Source: a virus
Taxonomy: Duplodnaviria > Caudoviricetes
Strand: one strand, 5' to 3'
DNA length: 58,317 bases
IMG/VR virus record: IMGVR_UViG_3300050139_000117
Span: 1 to 58,317 of that record
The position numbers were made by a program, and so were the translations under genes. The notes beneath the pieces are model-generated. The model made no database searches and was not told the origin of the DNA. It saw only the letters and a program-made list of their open reading frames with translations. Shown one piece after another: positions 18,234-28,700 of this stretch (positions are counted from its first letter, which is position 1; every line of letters starts with the position of its first letter).

Positions 18234-18855
18234 CTATCTTTTAATGTTAAACAATTTTATTTTTCCTACTATACAACCAACACTTACTTTGAAGTGCTTT
18301 GCTGTCTTTCTAAGACTATTGGTATTGGATAAAACCTTAACCAAATCATCTTTATCAATCTTAATAAATCTAGGGTGCTTATCTTTCGTATAAGCGGCTC
18401 TAGCTTTACTCATTTTATCTTTTGTTTTCTTAGAATAGATGTTTGTTTTACCACTATTCCAAGATAGTTTACCTACTTTGGTTTCACCGATTTTATCTTT
18501 ACTATCATTAGTATGTTTCTTACCATAAAAGTGATTATTTTCACCACTCAATTTTTCAATTATCTCTGGTAGATTAGGGTTATTAGTGTATGTATCGCCA
18601 CCAGAACCACCTAATGCTATGTTATAACCATCTTTAACTGCATTAAGTTCTTTAATCCAATATATTTCTCTCTCATTTAATTCTTTTTTAGTAACACAGG
18701 TTTCAAGTATTTCTTTCGTAAAATTATTTCGACCATACTTTTTAATCGCTTTATTTAATAATAAACCAGAACCCAAATATTCTGAGTTATTTTTCTCATC
18801 TTTACCCACATAGTACTTACCATTTATTAGGTTTGTTGTTTTATATATAACCATA
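18234..18855 (-). CDS. GIY-YIG homing endonuclease with NUMOD3-like motif
   Basis: IYKTTNLINGKYYVG...YLGSG...GYNIALGG...HFYGKKHT. Confidence 0.85.
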
Positions 18856-18900
18856 CTTTGTTTATATATAAATATCACTAAGTGTACTTTTTAATGCGTT

Positions 18901-19272
18901 TTACCTATTATTTTTTATCTTTTCCCATTCTTTATTAAATGCTTCAACTACTAATGGATGTTCTTTTGCTAGTTTTAATTTTTTAGTTATTGATTTCATA
19001 ACCCTAATTTTAACCCTTTCCTCGCTTGTCAATTTTGATTTAACAACTTTTTGTACATTAGATAATTGTATTCTGTATGTTTTATGTTCTCTGATTTCTT
19101 TTTCAGAAAGACCAGTTTCTGACATTATTTTCCTCAACAATTTCGCTTCATTTTTATTAGGTACATGAACACCTTCTGGTGCTAAAGCTTTTTTCATTTT
19201 TCGTTTAGAAAAAATGTTACCATCTTGTAAGTCCATGTCTTTATAATCCATGTTATTATATTTTATATTCAA
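18901..19272 (-). CDS. Hypothetical basic protein
   Basis: 123-aa ORF. Confidence 0.5.
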   Translation of the reverse strand: MNIKYNNMDYKDMDLQDGNIFSKRKMKKALAPEGVHVPNKNEAKLLRKIMSETGLSEKEIREHKTYRIQLSNVQKVVKSKLTSEERVKIRVMKSITKKLKLAKEHPLVVEAFNKEWEKIKNNR

Positions 19273-19441
19273 AAAATGATTTATCCAACATTGGATATTT
19301 CGCTAATATGTTTGGTGCTTCTACTTCAAATAACTTTGTTCCTTCGGCCCATGCTCTGTCTATCGGTACGCCTCCCCACAATATTTGACATACAAATTTG
19401 TACTCTTGGTTAGACAATTTCTTATCCTTGGAAGTTTCCAT
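19256..19441 (-). CDS. Hypothetical protein
   Basis: 61-aa ORF directly after a TACCTTTG promoter. Confidence 0.5.
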   Translation of the reverse strand: METSKDKKLSNQEYKFVCQILWGGVPIDRAWAEGTKLFEVEAPNILAKYPMLDKSFFEYKI

Positions 19442-19478
19442 TATACAAAGGTACTAATAATAAATGAGTTATGCAAGT

Positions 19479-19721
19479 TTATTTTCTTTTACCCTCTTTG
19501 AAGGCAGATTTGGTGAGGTCTGAGAATTGTTTTAAATCCTCAAGTGTTAAATTGTATTTCTTGGCATATTCTTCTATGGCCCCAACCAAATCGGTTAATT
19601 CACAGATGATTAACCCTTTGCATTTCTGTTCTTCAGCATCGGTCAGCTCTTCAAATTCTTCACGAACCTTAGAGAACTCTCCTATTATTCCTTTCTTTAT
19701 AATTCGCTTATGATATCCCAT
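19479..19721 (-). CDS. MazG-like all-alpha nucleotide pyrophosphatase
   Basis: KVREEFEEL...ELTDL (EExxE...ExxD). Confidence 0.6.
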   Translation of the reverse strand: MGYHKRIIKKGIIGEFSKVREEFEELTDAEEQKCKGLIICELTDLVGAIEEYAKKYNLTLEDLKQFSDLTKSAFKEGKRK

Positions 19722-20256
19722 GTATCTTGATTAGATTAGACATTCTTGGTTCGGCACAACCTGTTCCATAAATCCATTTTAAATACTCGTGTTGACGAAT
19801 TCCGTAGCTTCCTAGCTCATGACCACCAACTTCTATATCAAACCCTTCAGCAGTGTCTATAACGTCTAATTTGGTCTTAAAATAAGGCTGGTAGAATTCA
19901 ACTGCTTCTTCAAGCATTCTAACCAACGACCTAGTAGTAACATCATCAGTTATTATGAGTTCATTCTTCATAAAATATTTGGTATGATATGGGTCGAATG
20001 GTTCAAACCTAAAACAAGGTGTTACCGTTTGATACTTACCAGCTGGAATGAAATCTTTTATTAGCAAGTATAAAAATGATTGTTCACCAGAAGCAACAAG
20101 ACACTTTCCATTATGTTTCAATTGAAACACAATCCTGTCTGCTGGCTTTGTGATGTTATCTACTTTCTCAGAAACAGTCCAAGGTGCTTCAATACGCTTG
20201 AAACCTTTTTCTTCATAAAAGATTATAGATTCATTTAGTATCTTGAAATCAATCAT
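19708..20256 (-). CDS. Stand-alone class II aminoacyl-tRNA-synthetase-like catalytic core
   Basis: Motif 2-like TPCFRFE..H..YFMKNEL; ELGSYG; motif 3-like GTGCAEPR. Confidence 0.65.
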   Translation of the reverse strand: MIDFKILNESIIFYEEKGFKRIEAPWTVSEKVDNITKPADRIVFQLKHNGKCLVASGEQSFLYLLIKDFIPAGKYQTVTPCFRFEPFDPYHTKYFMKNELIITDDVTTRSLVRMLEEAVEFYQPYFKTKLDVIDTAEGFDIEVGGHELGSYGIRQHEYLKWIYGTGCAEPRMSNLIKIHGIS

Positions 20257-20867
20257 CTCTTTCTTGTTTTTTGTTTTCTTAAAATTTCTCTAGCCAATAA
20301 TAACTTAGCATATTCAAGACTTATCAAATTCTTGGCATCCGCAGTTTCAGCTAAAAGTGTTTTATGTATATAACTTGAATGTTCAACAAAGTGTGGGTGG
20401 ATAATACCAACAGTCATATGAAGTCCCCAAAATGGTCTACCCAATCCTAATTCAGCTCGGATAGCATGCATCTCAGCTCGGTCTTCATTATCAATGTTTA
20501 ACCACCAGTGATTATCATCAGTTCTAGGGTCAAGCAAGTGTTTAATTTCAATAGGTTTGCCATCCCATTTTGTTTTCACTCGTTCCCAGTTGGCTAATAT
20601 TTCTTGTTTAGTTAATTTACCATTTTGTGATAAATCTCTAATGGAATCGTTTATAAACGTAACGTGTGAACCTCTTTGAGGTGGATTAAATTTTATATTA
20701 AAACGTCTCTCGATTAACCAAGCATAAAAACTAGCTGAATCATCTTGGATTTCAACCATAGCAACTTTTTTCCACTCACCTTGGACCTTATGTTTATTGG
20801 TCAACTCTGGTGGGTCGAAAATGATTTTGCCATATGTGATTACTTTGTTGTTCATTTTTAACATCAT
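20253..20867 (-). CDS. 2H phosphoesterase
   Basis: Two HxT motifs, SHVTF and LHMTV. Confidence 0.7.
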   Translation of the reverse strand: MMLKMNNKVITYGKIIFDPPELTNKHKVQGEWKKVAMVEIQDDSASFYAWLIERRFNIKFNPPQRGSHVTFINDSIRDLSQNGKLTKQEILANWERVKTKWDGKPIEIKHLLDPRTDDNHWWLNIDNEDRAEMHAIRAELGLGRPFWGLHMTVGIIHPHFVEHSSYIHKTLLAETADAKNLISLEYAKLLLAREILRKQKTRKR

Positions 20868-21372
20868 TATATTTCATCGAAACAAACCCTTTTTTTGGTT
20901 TAAGTGTTCTATTATCATATAATGTAGGTGTTGGTTCATAACCAAAACATTTAACAAGACTAATAAATTCATCCATGGTTTTGGTCTTTGATTTCAATTC
21001 TTTTAGAATCTCAGCATCAATTTCCTTAGCCAATTCATTCGCAAGCATTGTTATTACTTGCAGTTCACCACTAGAGACTCCATGTAACGCTTCTAAGTCA
21101 TGGGCCATCTCAACACTCCACTGGGTTTTTAACTCATGTTTATTGTAAGCTAAATCCCACTCTGTTTTGGTCATACCCCTTTGTTCTGACCAATTCCAAA
21201 AATTGGTCGTGCAAACCTCATGGTCAAAACTAAAAATTTTACATAAAGAGGATGCTATGTATTTTCCCCACTCATGTACGCTATCGCATTTTCTAACAAA
21301 CCTACTATTCTCGATAATATAGTTCTTATCGAGAAATTTAAAAAGTTGTTCTTGTTTTTGATTATAATCCAC
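20794..21372 (-). CDS. Protein containing a gp23 major-capsid-like segment
   Basis: ELKTQWSVEMAHDLEALHG...MLANELAKEIDAEIL. Confidence 0.6.
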   Translation of the reverse strand: MDYNQKQEQLFKFLDKNYIIENSRFVRKCDSVHEWGKYIASSLCKIFSFDHEVCTTNFWNWSEQRGMTKTEWDLAYNKHELKTQWSVEMAHDLEALHGVSSGELQVITMLANELAKEIDAEILKELKSKTKTMDEFISLVKCFGYEPTPTLYDNRTLKPKKGFVSMKYNDVKNEQQSNHIWQNHFRPTRVDQ

Positions 21373-21407
21373 ATCTAAAGATACGGAAAATTTTCAAAAA
21401 ATCAATA

Positions 21408-22124
21408 CTAGGCTAATTGAATAGGTTTTAAATATTCTCTTAAAAACGCATTCTTTGCACCACCAATTTTCTCAACCCAGTGTGTGTAATTAATTTTGTT
21501 CCTTTCTTCCAATTCAGCAACTTGCTTATCAGATGGTTTTCTTTTACCCCAAGGAAGTGTTTCTGGTATAAAGTCTGGGTATGTCTTCCTATCAAATACT
21601 CTTTCATCGGCCATGAATGCAATACTGGTTAATTGGTCACCTAAATCTGGTTCATAAAAATCTTGAACCAATACACCAGCATCTTTCAACGCTATTAAGT
21701 GTTTGTTAAGTGTTCCAAGCCTTTCTGGATTGGTGTTTGTTGTTCCACCATTAAGAACAATAATTGTTTCATCAAAATCGGCCCATTTGTTATAAATGGT
21801 TTCTGCTTGTCCTAAATCTCTTACTGTTCTACCATATCTAACAACAGCATGGCAATGTTGGATACCAACATGTGCTGTTTTACTAAATTGATACGGCACC
21901 ATACCGTACATACGATAGATTAAATAATTATCAGTTTTTCGTGGTTGTGAGTTTGGTTTAACGCTGCATAATTCTAAACGTCTATAGAACTCTTTTGAAT
22001 CGATTTTTTCAGTGAAATAAGATTCTTCACAATCACCCATGTTTGTATCCCAATCCAATAATTTTAAAATTCTTAGATTAGCTTCTAAACACCACTCGTA
22101 TCCTGTCTTTTTTGTTTCTTCCAT
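21408..22124 (-). CDS. Peptidyl-tRNA hydrolase (Pth2)-like protein
   Basis: GIQHCHA...TIIVLNGG...FYEPDLGDQLTSIAF. Confidence 0.6.
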   Translation of the reverse strand: MEETKKTGYEWCLEANLRILKLLDWDTNMGDCEESYFTEKIDSKEFYRRLELCSVKPNSQPRKTDNYLIYRMYGMVPYQFSKTAHVGIQHCHAVVRYGRTVRDLGQAETIYNKWADFDETIIVLNGGTTNTNPERLGTLNKHLIALKDAGVLVQDFYEPDLGDQLTSIAFMADERVFDRKTYPDFIPETLPWGKRKPSDKQVAELEERNKINYTHWVEKIGGAKNAFLREYLKPIQLA

Positions 22125-22128
22125 AATT

Positions 22129-23394
22129 TTAATTTAGTTCCATCAAATGACTGATGGTACATTGTTTTGTATTGTAAAGTACGTATTCGTTGTTTATAAG
22201 GTCAGCACCACCTTTTGCAAATACACTATCAAACCCTTCTCTTTTAAGTTTGGCTTCAGAAAGAGTATAACAGCTTGAGTTGTGATGGAGGATTTCTTTT
22301 TGATTACCCAGATGTGCGTTAAACAATGCTATGTAGCCTTTGTTTGAACTTCCCTTGGTCCAATATGAGCCTCTAAGAGACGAGTAACCACGAGCCTTCT
22401 GTGCTTTATCTGCAAGGTATATTCCGTCACCGAACATGCTACCTGTATGGACAGCACCAGCTGGACGAATAAGAACGCCTGTTTGTAACAAGTTAAACCA
22501 ATTCTCATTTCTGGAACCATGAAAATACAATCTGGTTTTTTTAACCTTTGCTTCAGCTACAAATTTTTCAAAAGTTGCTTTGGTCTTAGGATTGGTAACC
22601 TTAAATATTTTCTTAACTTGGTCTTTGCTTGACCCTAATAATTTATAGATAAGCTTTAACACCTCTGGGTCAGTTTCTACTTCAATAGTAACACCCATTT
22701 GGTCAAGGATTGTTGATTTACCATTAGTAGGCCCATTTGATAAAACAGCTTTTTGTTTTAAAAGTTTAACTTGACCACCCATAGTATCCAAGGTGTCTTG
22801 TTCATTCTCAATAAGTTCTTTGGCAACTTTAAGTGAATTAGAATTAGTTACAGGAGCAAACAAATGGTCACGCACGTCTTTCATCTTTCTAGGGATGGTT
22901 GTGTATAACTTCATCAACAAATCGTTGATAACCTTTGTATCAACACCAATATTCAAAACCTTATTGATTGAATCAATAACATCTTGTGCTGCGTTAACTT
23001 GTTGTTCGGATACTGCTTCTTGTGTAACCTTATAGTTTTGTTGAATAGACTTGTTGGCAAAAGCCATCAGTTCATCAATAAGTTCTTTAACTTGTTTGTC
23101 GGAGATATCAACAGTTTTGGTACCGTTGGAATTCTTTACTGGCTCAACCATTAGTTCGGTTACATCAGTATAATTCTTTACCTTGCTTAATTTCTGTTTA
23201 TAAACAGAATCCCATTTGGATTTATCTTTATACTCGGTTGTTAGTTCTTTACCAACACGTCCGTAATCACAACGAATACGTCCATCGGAAAGTTCTTCCA
23301 TAATGTAAACCTTGTTGCTGTTACCAGTTTTACCATTATCTACAGAGACATGAATAAGCTTGGCATATCTAAGACCAGTATCTTTCGTAATCAT
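22129..23394 (-). CDS. PARP-like ADP-ribosyltransferase with WGR and regulatory domains
   Basis: YGRVG; LYTTIP; FHGS, MFGDGIYLAD..KARGY, NNEYVLY. Confidence 0.9.
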   Translation of the reverse strand: MITKDTGLRYAKLIHVSVDNGKTGNSNKVYIMEELSDGRIRCDYGRVGKELTTEYKDKSKWDSVYKQKLSKVKNYTDVTELMVEPVKNSNGTKTVDISDKQVKELIDELMAFANKSIQQNYKVTQEAVSEQQVNAAQDVIDSINKVLNIGVDTKVINDLLMKLYTTIPRKMKDVRDHLFAPVTNSNSLKVAKELIENEQDTLDTMGGQVKLLKQKAVLSNGPTNGKSTILDQMGVTIEVETDPEVLKLIYKLLGSSKDQVKKIFKVTNPKTKATFEKFVAEAKVKKTRLYFHGSRNENWFNLLQTGVLIRPAGAVHTGSMFGDGIYLADKAQKARGYSSLRGSYWTKGSSNKGYIALFNAHLGNQKEILHHNSSCYTLSEAKLKREGFDSVFAKGGADLINNEYVLYNTKQCTISHLMELN

Positions 23395-23424
23395 AGTTAG
23401 CTATTTAAACGCAAAGGTACAAAA

Positions 23425-23736
23425 TTAAAACAACATATCCAAATCTAGATTTGGCTTTTTTTTGTTTTCTTTAAGCTCTTGCATTTTTTTCAAATAAGGT
23501 AATGAAATATCAGCTGGACCTTCATTATAGAAATTTAGGTTTGGAACCATTGCTTTGGTTTCAATTTCTCTTACAGTAACTTGTTGTTTTGGAGCTGCTT
23601 TTTTGACATCAGAACCCTTAAGCATTTCTGGTCGGTTCTCTTCCATCCATCGTAAGTATGATGGTTGATTTTGTTGTAACCACTCAATTGTTCTACCAGC
23701 ATGCTTGCCAGTACGTATTTGAAATTGAGGGTTCAT
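23425..23736 (-). CDS. Small protein with GKHxG..I..L....SYLxW motif (DUF3820-like)
   Basis: GKHAGRTIEWLQQNQPSYLRWM. Confidence 0.55.
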   Translation of the reverse strand: MNPQFQIRTGKHAGRTIEWLQQNQPSYLRWMEENRPEMLKGSDVKKAAPKQQVTVREIETKAMVPNLNFYNEGPADISLPYLKKMQELKENKKKPNLDLDMLF

Positions 23737-24224
23737 TAAATTTCTTGGTCTGGTGGTACTTCAGCACAAATATGTCGCTTCCACCATTCTTTAACTGATG
23801 CACTTATATGCCACCATTTAAAAGTGATTTCCATTTTAATGTTTGACCACCATGTTGGTACTGTAAATCCAGTTTTATCATACATGTATTCAGCACAAGG
23901 ATATGGTCGGCCACGTTCATCAAGAGTTTGCCATATGCCATCTTCTTTGGTCATCTTACGCCAATAGTTATCACCTTCATGTATTACCCAACGCCAATTT
24001 TTACCTTCAATACCTTTTGGTAAATCTGGTTCTTCAAAAGAAGAATCACCACTAGAAAAAACATTAGTATCCTCAACCTTTGTATAACGGAAGTTACAGG
24101 TACAACCCATATCTTCTGGTGAGGAAATGCAATCATCACAATGGTAGCCATTACCTTTACCCGAATAACCAGGCATATACCACCATACTGCCATCTTACC
24201 ACAATCACATTTCTCTTTAGCCAT
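23736..24224 (-). CDS. Cys-rich hypothetical protein
   Basis: CDCG, CDDC and CTC clusters. Confidence 0.6.
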   Translation of the reverse strand: MAKEKCDCGKMAVWWYMPGYSGKGNGYHCDDCISSPEDMGCTCNFRYTKVEDTNVFSSGDSSFEEPDLPKGIEGKNWRWVIHEGDNYWRKMTKEDGIWQTLDERGRPYPCAEYMYDKTGFTVPTWWSNIKMEITFKWWHISASVKEWWKRHICAEVPPDQEI

Positions 24225-24331
24225 TAGTGTCTATCAAAATAAGTTGTAAAAAAAGAAAGCAGTGCAACACAAATAACCAATCCAATCATGATTACCGATG
24301 CTACTTGTGCTACTGGATGTAATTCTGCCAT

Positions 24332-24535
24332 TTACCAAGTTCTTGTGACATCATCAAATAATGTCGAATTATTAACTATCCACGAATAAAACAATTCTTG
24401 CATTGCTGGTGGAACCATGTTACCATTGATGTAAACTACATCAGTAACGATTTCTATCTCTTGGCCAGCTGGAAGTGGCATATCTTTTGCTACCTCTGTT
24501 GCTGCCTTAAGTTTGTATACTCGATTTTTAATCAT
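24332..24535 (-). CDS. Hypothetical protein
   Basis: 67-aa ORF after a TATCTTTG promoter. Confidence 0.55.
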   Translation of the reverse strand: MIKNRVYKLKAATEVAKDMPLPAGQEIEIVTDVVYINGNMVPPAMQELFYSWIVNNSTLFDDVTRTW

Positions 24536-24630
24536 AATACAAAGATACTAATAAATTTTATCAAAATCAAATTTATTTTTAAATAAATATGTTTTTCACC
24601 TTTAACCATGATATTTATATAAAACAAAAT

Positions 24631-24666
24631 ATGAAATTTTTTATCGTATACCAGACAATTAATTTA
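24631..24666 (+). pseudogene. 5' fragment (MKFFIVYQTINL) of the GIY-YIG gene interrupted by the IS1595 element
   Basis: Joins in frame to 30447 (LNSKIYIGLHST...) once the element and one target copy are removed. Confidence 0.85.
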
Positions 24667-24683
24667 GGTAATTATATACTTAT

Positions 24684-25046
24684 TTACACTAAATTATCTC
24701 TTAAAGACATTGGTGTGTAATTAACATCACTATAAACTTCAGCAATAGCTGAAAATATATCTGAATAATACTCTGGAGAACCTTCTTCATAAAAAAAACT
24801 AACTTTTCGAACATCACAGTGACCAAAATGTAATTTTATATCTTCCTTAAAATCATTTAATTTTTCTCGAATAAAATCTTCTTCAGAACAAAAATGAGGT
24901 CTCTCAACACTTCGGACAAGGTCAAGCTTTCTTTCTTTAGTAGATTCATTTTCATGTTCAACTACTTCAAATATAGTTTGAAGATATTCATTGAAATGGG
25001 GTTGTAATTTTTCTTTCTTGTTTTTCATATTGTTTATTTTAAACAA
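24684..25046 (-). CDS. Transposon cargo hypothetical protein
   Basis: ORF ending at the left TIR. Confidence 0.5.
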   Translation of the reverse strand: MFKINNMKNKKEKLQPHFNEYLQTIFEVVEHENESTKERKLDLVRSVERPHFCSEEDFIREKLNDFKEDIKLHFGHCDVRKVSFFYEEGSPEYYSDIFSAIAEVYSDVNYTPMSLRDNLV

Positions 25047-25098
25047 AAAGAGTCTTCATAACAAAGACTCAATTTGTATCAGCAAAGGGTACCGATTA

Positions 25099-25617
25099 TT
25101 ATTTTATAAATTTAGCTAACTCAGCTTTTTGTTTTGCGAACTCTTCTGGTGTAATTAAACCCATATCCAACTTATCTTTAGCTTTCTTTAAAAGAGCCAT
25201 AGCTTCATCACTTGATATGCTACCACGTTTACCAGATACTTCACCAGACTTTAATGCACTCTCAAAATCAATAAATAAATTAGATACAGCAGTTGCTTTG
25301 GTTTGGAAATTAGCTTTATAACCAGATTTAGATGAGCCAGCTATTGCAATCTTCTTAATAATAACTTCTGAGCTTGCAAACGTTGAATGTGCTGGTGTTA
25401 CTGTTCCCATAATATCTATACTTGTGATAAAGGCAAAAGTTCTTAATCCAGATGGCATTCCAATTTTTAATGTATCACCCACTTTATACTCAATACCATC
25501 ACTACCAATATACGCCTCACATTTAGTTCTTTCTGTAAGTGCCCCAAATTTAGTTGTTTGACCGAATCCAATTAAAGAAAAGCACACCATTAACATTGCT
25601 AAAACTACTTTTTTCAT
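25099..25617 (-). CDS. Secreted protein with C-terminal SHOCT domain (cargo)
   Basis: Signal peptide; LKKAKDKLDMGLITPEEFAKQKAEL. Confidence 0.75.
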   Translation of the reverse strand: MKKVVLAMLMVCFSLIGFGQTTKFGALTERTKCEAYIGSDGIEYKVGDTLKIGMPSGLRTFAFITSIDIMGTVTPAHSTFASSEVIIKKIAIAGSSKSGYKANFQTKATAVSNLFIDFESALKSGEVSGKRGSISSDEAMALLKKAKDKLDMGLITPEEFAKQKAELAKFIK

Positions 25618-25726
25618 ACTTATTTTTGTTTTTTTACTTTGTGCTTACTCTTTAAAGGCTTTTCAGCATAACTCCTATTTTGTGAGTACAAAGGTACTTA
25701 TAATATTTGACCTGTGCAAATTTATT

Positions 25727-28700
25727 TTAGAGTTTCTCTCCATTAAGATAGATAAATTTACCTGTGTTTCTAATAGCATCAAAACATTGGAATCCAGAAA
25801 CCTCTACTTTTGATTTAAGCTCATTTTCTTTGCCTTTCCATCTACTTGACTTCTCAGCAATGAATATCCTCCCAAATGGCTTTAAAATACGTTTAGCTTC
25901 AAGTATTTGGTCTAACCAGTTTGGTCCCCATAAATTTAAACAACATACTACCACATCCACAGATGCATCATTTAATGGTACATGGCTTACATCACATGCA
26001 ATCACACTATCATCAAATGCTACATGGTCAAATGCATGTATCTTATTAATAATTTCGTTCCTAAGTCTATTTTCGCCACATCCAAAATCAGCAACAATCC
26101 AATCTGGTCTTGATTTTAATCTGGCTGCTATTATCATTAAAGGGTCTTCTGGCCAAGTTTTAATTTTCTCTTTACGAAGTGCATGGTAATAGAACCATTT
26201 CTCTGGATTATTTTTAAATATCTTATTTACATTTTCAGAACGTCTTGATGTCCAATCTTTATGCATTTGAGATATTTCACCTAACTCACTTCGCATTTTT
26301 TTAAAGTCATCAAAACTAATATCAAATAAATCGACTGGAAGCTTTTCTCTAAAAATATTATAGATGGCAGTTTCATGGTTATTAAATATGTTATTAAGTT
26401 TCTCAACACATAATCCCATTAATATTTGTTCTTCTGCTGCTGATATTTTAGCTATGTCACCATCAATAGCTGCATCTGATTTATTTTTCTTTAAGTTGAT
26501 GTTGCCCAACTTAAATTTATCTACAGAATATTCTTCATCTAAATATGTAAAGTATATTTGTGGTATAATCAAATCTACTAAATCAAATGAAGAACCTTGC
26601 CTATGAATTCTCCATATTAATTGTAATAATTCACCATGTGTCCAAGGTAAACAAGTTGCGATAATTCTATTAGATATTTTTTGAACACCGTCTACGCCTG
26701 TACCAATAGCGGATGATGCAACTAATATATCGTATTTACCTTCTTTAAACTTATCTAAACCACTTTTATCTTCACCAGTATATAAACCAACACTAAATCC
26801 TTTAGATTCAACAAATGCTTTTATTTTGTTTATAATGCCCTCTGTGTAATAAGAATAAATGATTGTTCCTTTAATAAGCTTATCTTCTATTAAGGTTAAT
26901 TTTTCTTGTAAAACAATTTGTTCATACTCTAAGCCACTTGCAATCTTTTTAATACTACCATTATTATTTAAAGTTAATATTTGCCCAGATAAATGATTGG
27001 AAGTACGTGTGATAATTTTTTGTTTAAATTTCGTTTTTAAGTTCAGCTTACATCTAATACTTGTACGAGCAACATGCTTATGCATTTCAAATGCATTTGG
27101 TATGTTAAAGTTAGTTTTTAATGACAAATATGGATTATTAATATCTTGGCTATCTTTGCTGAAATTTTCAGACATAACCATTTCAAGTAAATACTTAAAT
27201 TCAGTTAGATTGTTTAATATGGGAGTTGCCGTCATACCAACAACTCTTAAATTTTCATTTTTTTGTTTATAAGAACCAATTAGATTAGTAATGGTTTCTT
27301 TTCTATTAGAAGATTTATCTTCATCTCTTTGTTTTGCTTTATGAATTTCATCCAACAAGATAAAATCTACATTTAAGTTTTCGATAAGATACTTAGCTAA
27401 TTTTTTACCTTCATTTCCTTGAAAACTTTCGTAGTTTAAAACTAAATATTTGTAGTTAGAATCATTTTTTATTTGGTTGATTTCATGTTTGAAATATACT
27501 GTGCTATTAGGATAACATCCCAATATTTCTTTCTTCCATTGGTCTATTGTTGAGTTTAAACATATAACAACGGTCATTTTAGAGTCAATTATTCTGGAAG
27601 TTATAATTGCCGCAATTGTTTTACCAACACCACCTAAAGAAAAATTAAAAAATGACTTGGTGGTTAATGCCATGTGAGCCATCATCCTTTGCATTATTCT
27701 TGGTTCGTTTATTCCAGAATAACCTTTTAAATCCAAATTCATTGCCCCATAATAACTGGCTAAAAACCTTTCTTTGACAAATTTAGTTACTTTATTAGCT
27801 ATTTCATTTTCAGTTGGTAGTGATAATGCTTTTTCTATCTCTTGGACTGTAATAGTTTCATTTAACACTCCATTCAATAATTTATTAGTTTCAATTGAGA
27901 TTAATGCCTCAATAGATTCTTCGTTCATTCTATTATGGACTTGCTTATCTAATTGTTTTATTAAATTAGTAAGACTATCAAAAGTTACATCTTGAATTGA
28001 AGACTCTGAATCATCACGATTAGATTGAATTAATATCTGTTCTATAGATGAAGATGTAATTTCTTTTTCTTCTTGCAGAAGTTCCTCAGTTATAATTTCT
28101 TCTTCTGGATTAAGTAATTCAACCTTTTCCTCCTCTCTTTTAATTATTTCATTAATTTTTTTCTCACGCTCAATTGGTGGTAAGCTAATAGCTTCAACCA
28201 ACCCTTCTGTTTTTAATATTTTAAGTTCATTACAACCACTTAAAATTATAAGAATTTGACTTATCGTTAAAGTAGAAAAATTATCTCTTATTTCTTTAAG
28301 ATAATTAACCACATTTTGTTTTTTTATATAAGAATTTAATGAGATTTGATTTACCATATGAGCACCACACTCATCAAGCCAACCATTTTTTTGAGCAGTT
28401 TGATATGTATTATATGATTGTTGTTTCCATTCATTTTTTGTATTATATAATAAAGCATCTTCTTTACATTCATTTAATGTACGTTTTAACATTAAAACAT
28501 CCATATGTGCTGAACATTGATTCATCCAACCATTTGTAAGTGCTTTACTATAACTTGAATTCTTACTTTTTTTCCATTCTGTTTTAGTAGTAAATTGTAA
28601 TGCGTTTTTAATACATTCTTCTTTTGTCCAAAAATTATATGGAACTCTTTCTGAAATCATATGTAAACAACAATCTTCGCTCCATCCTTTTTTACTTGCT

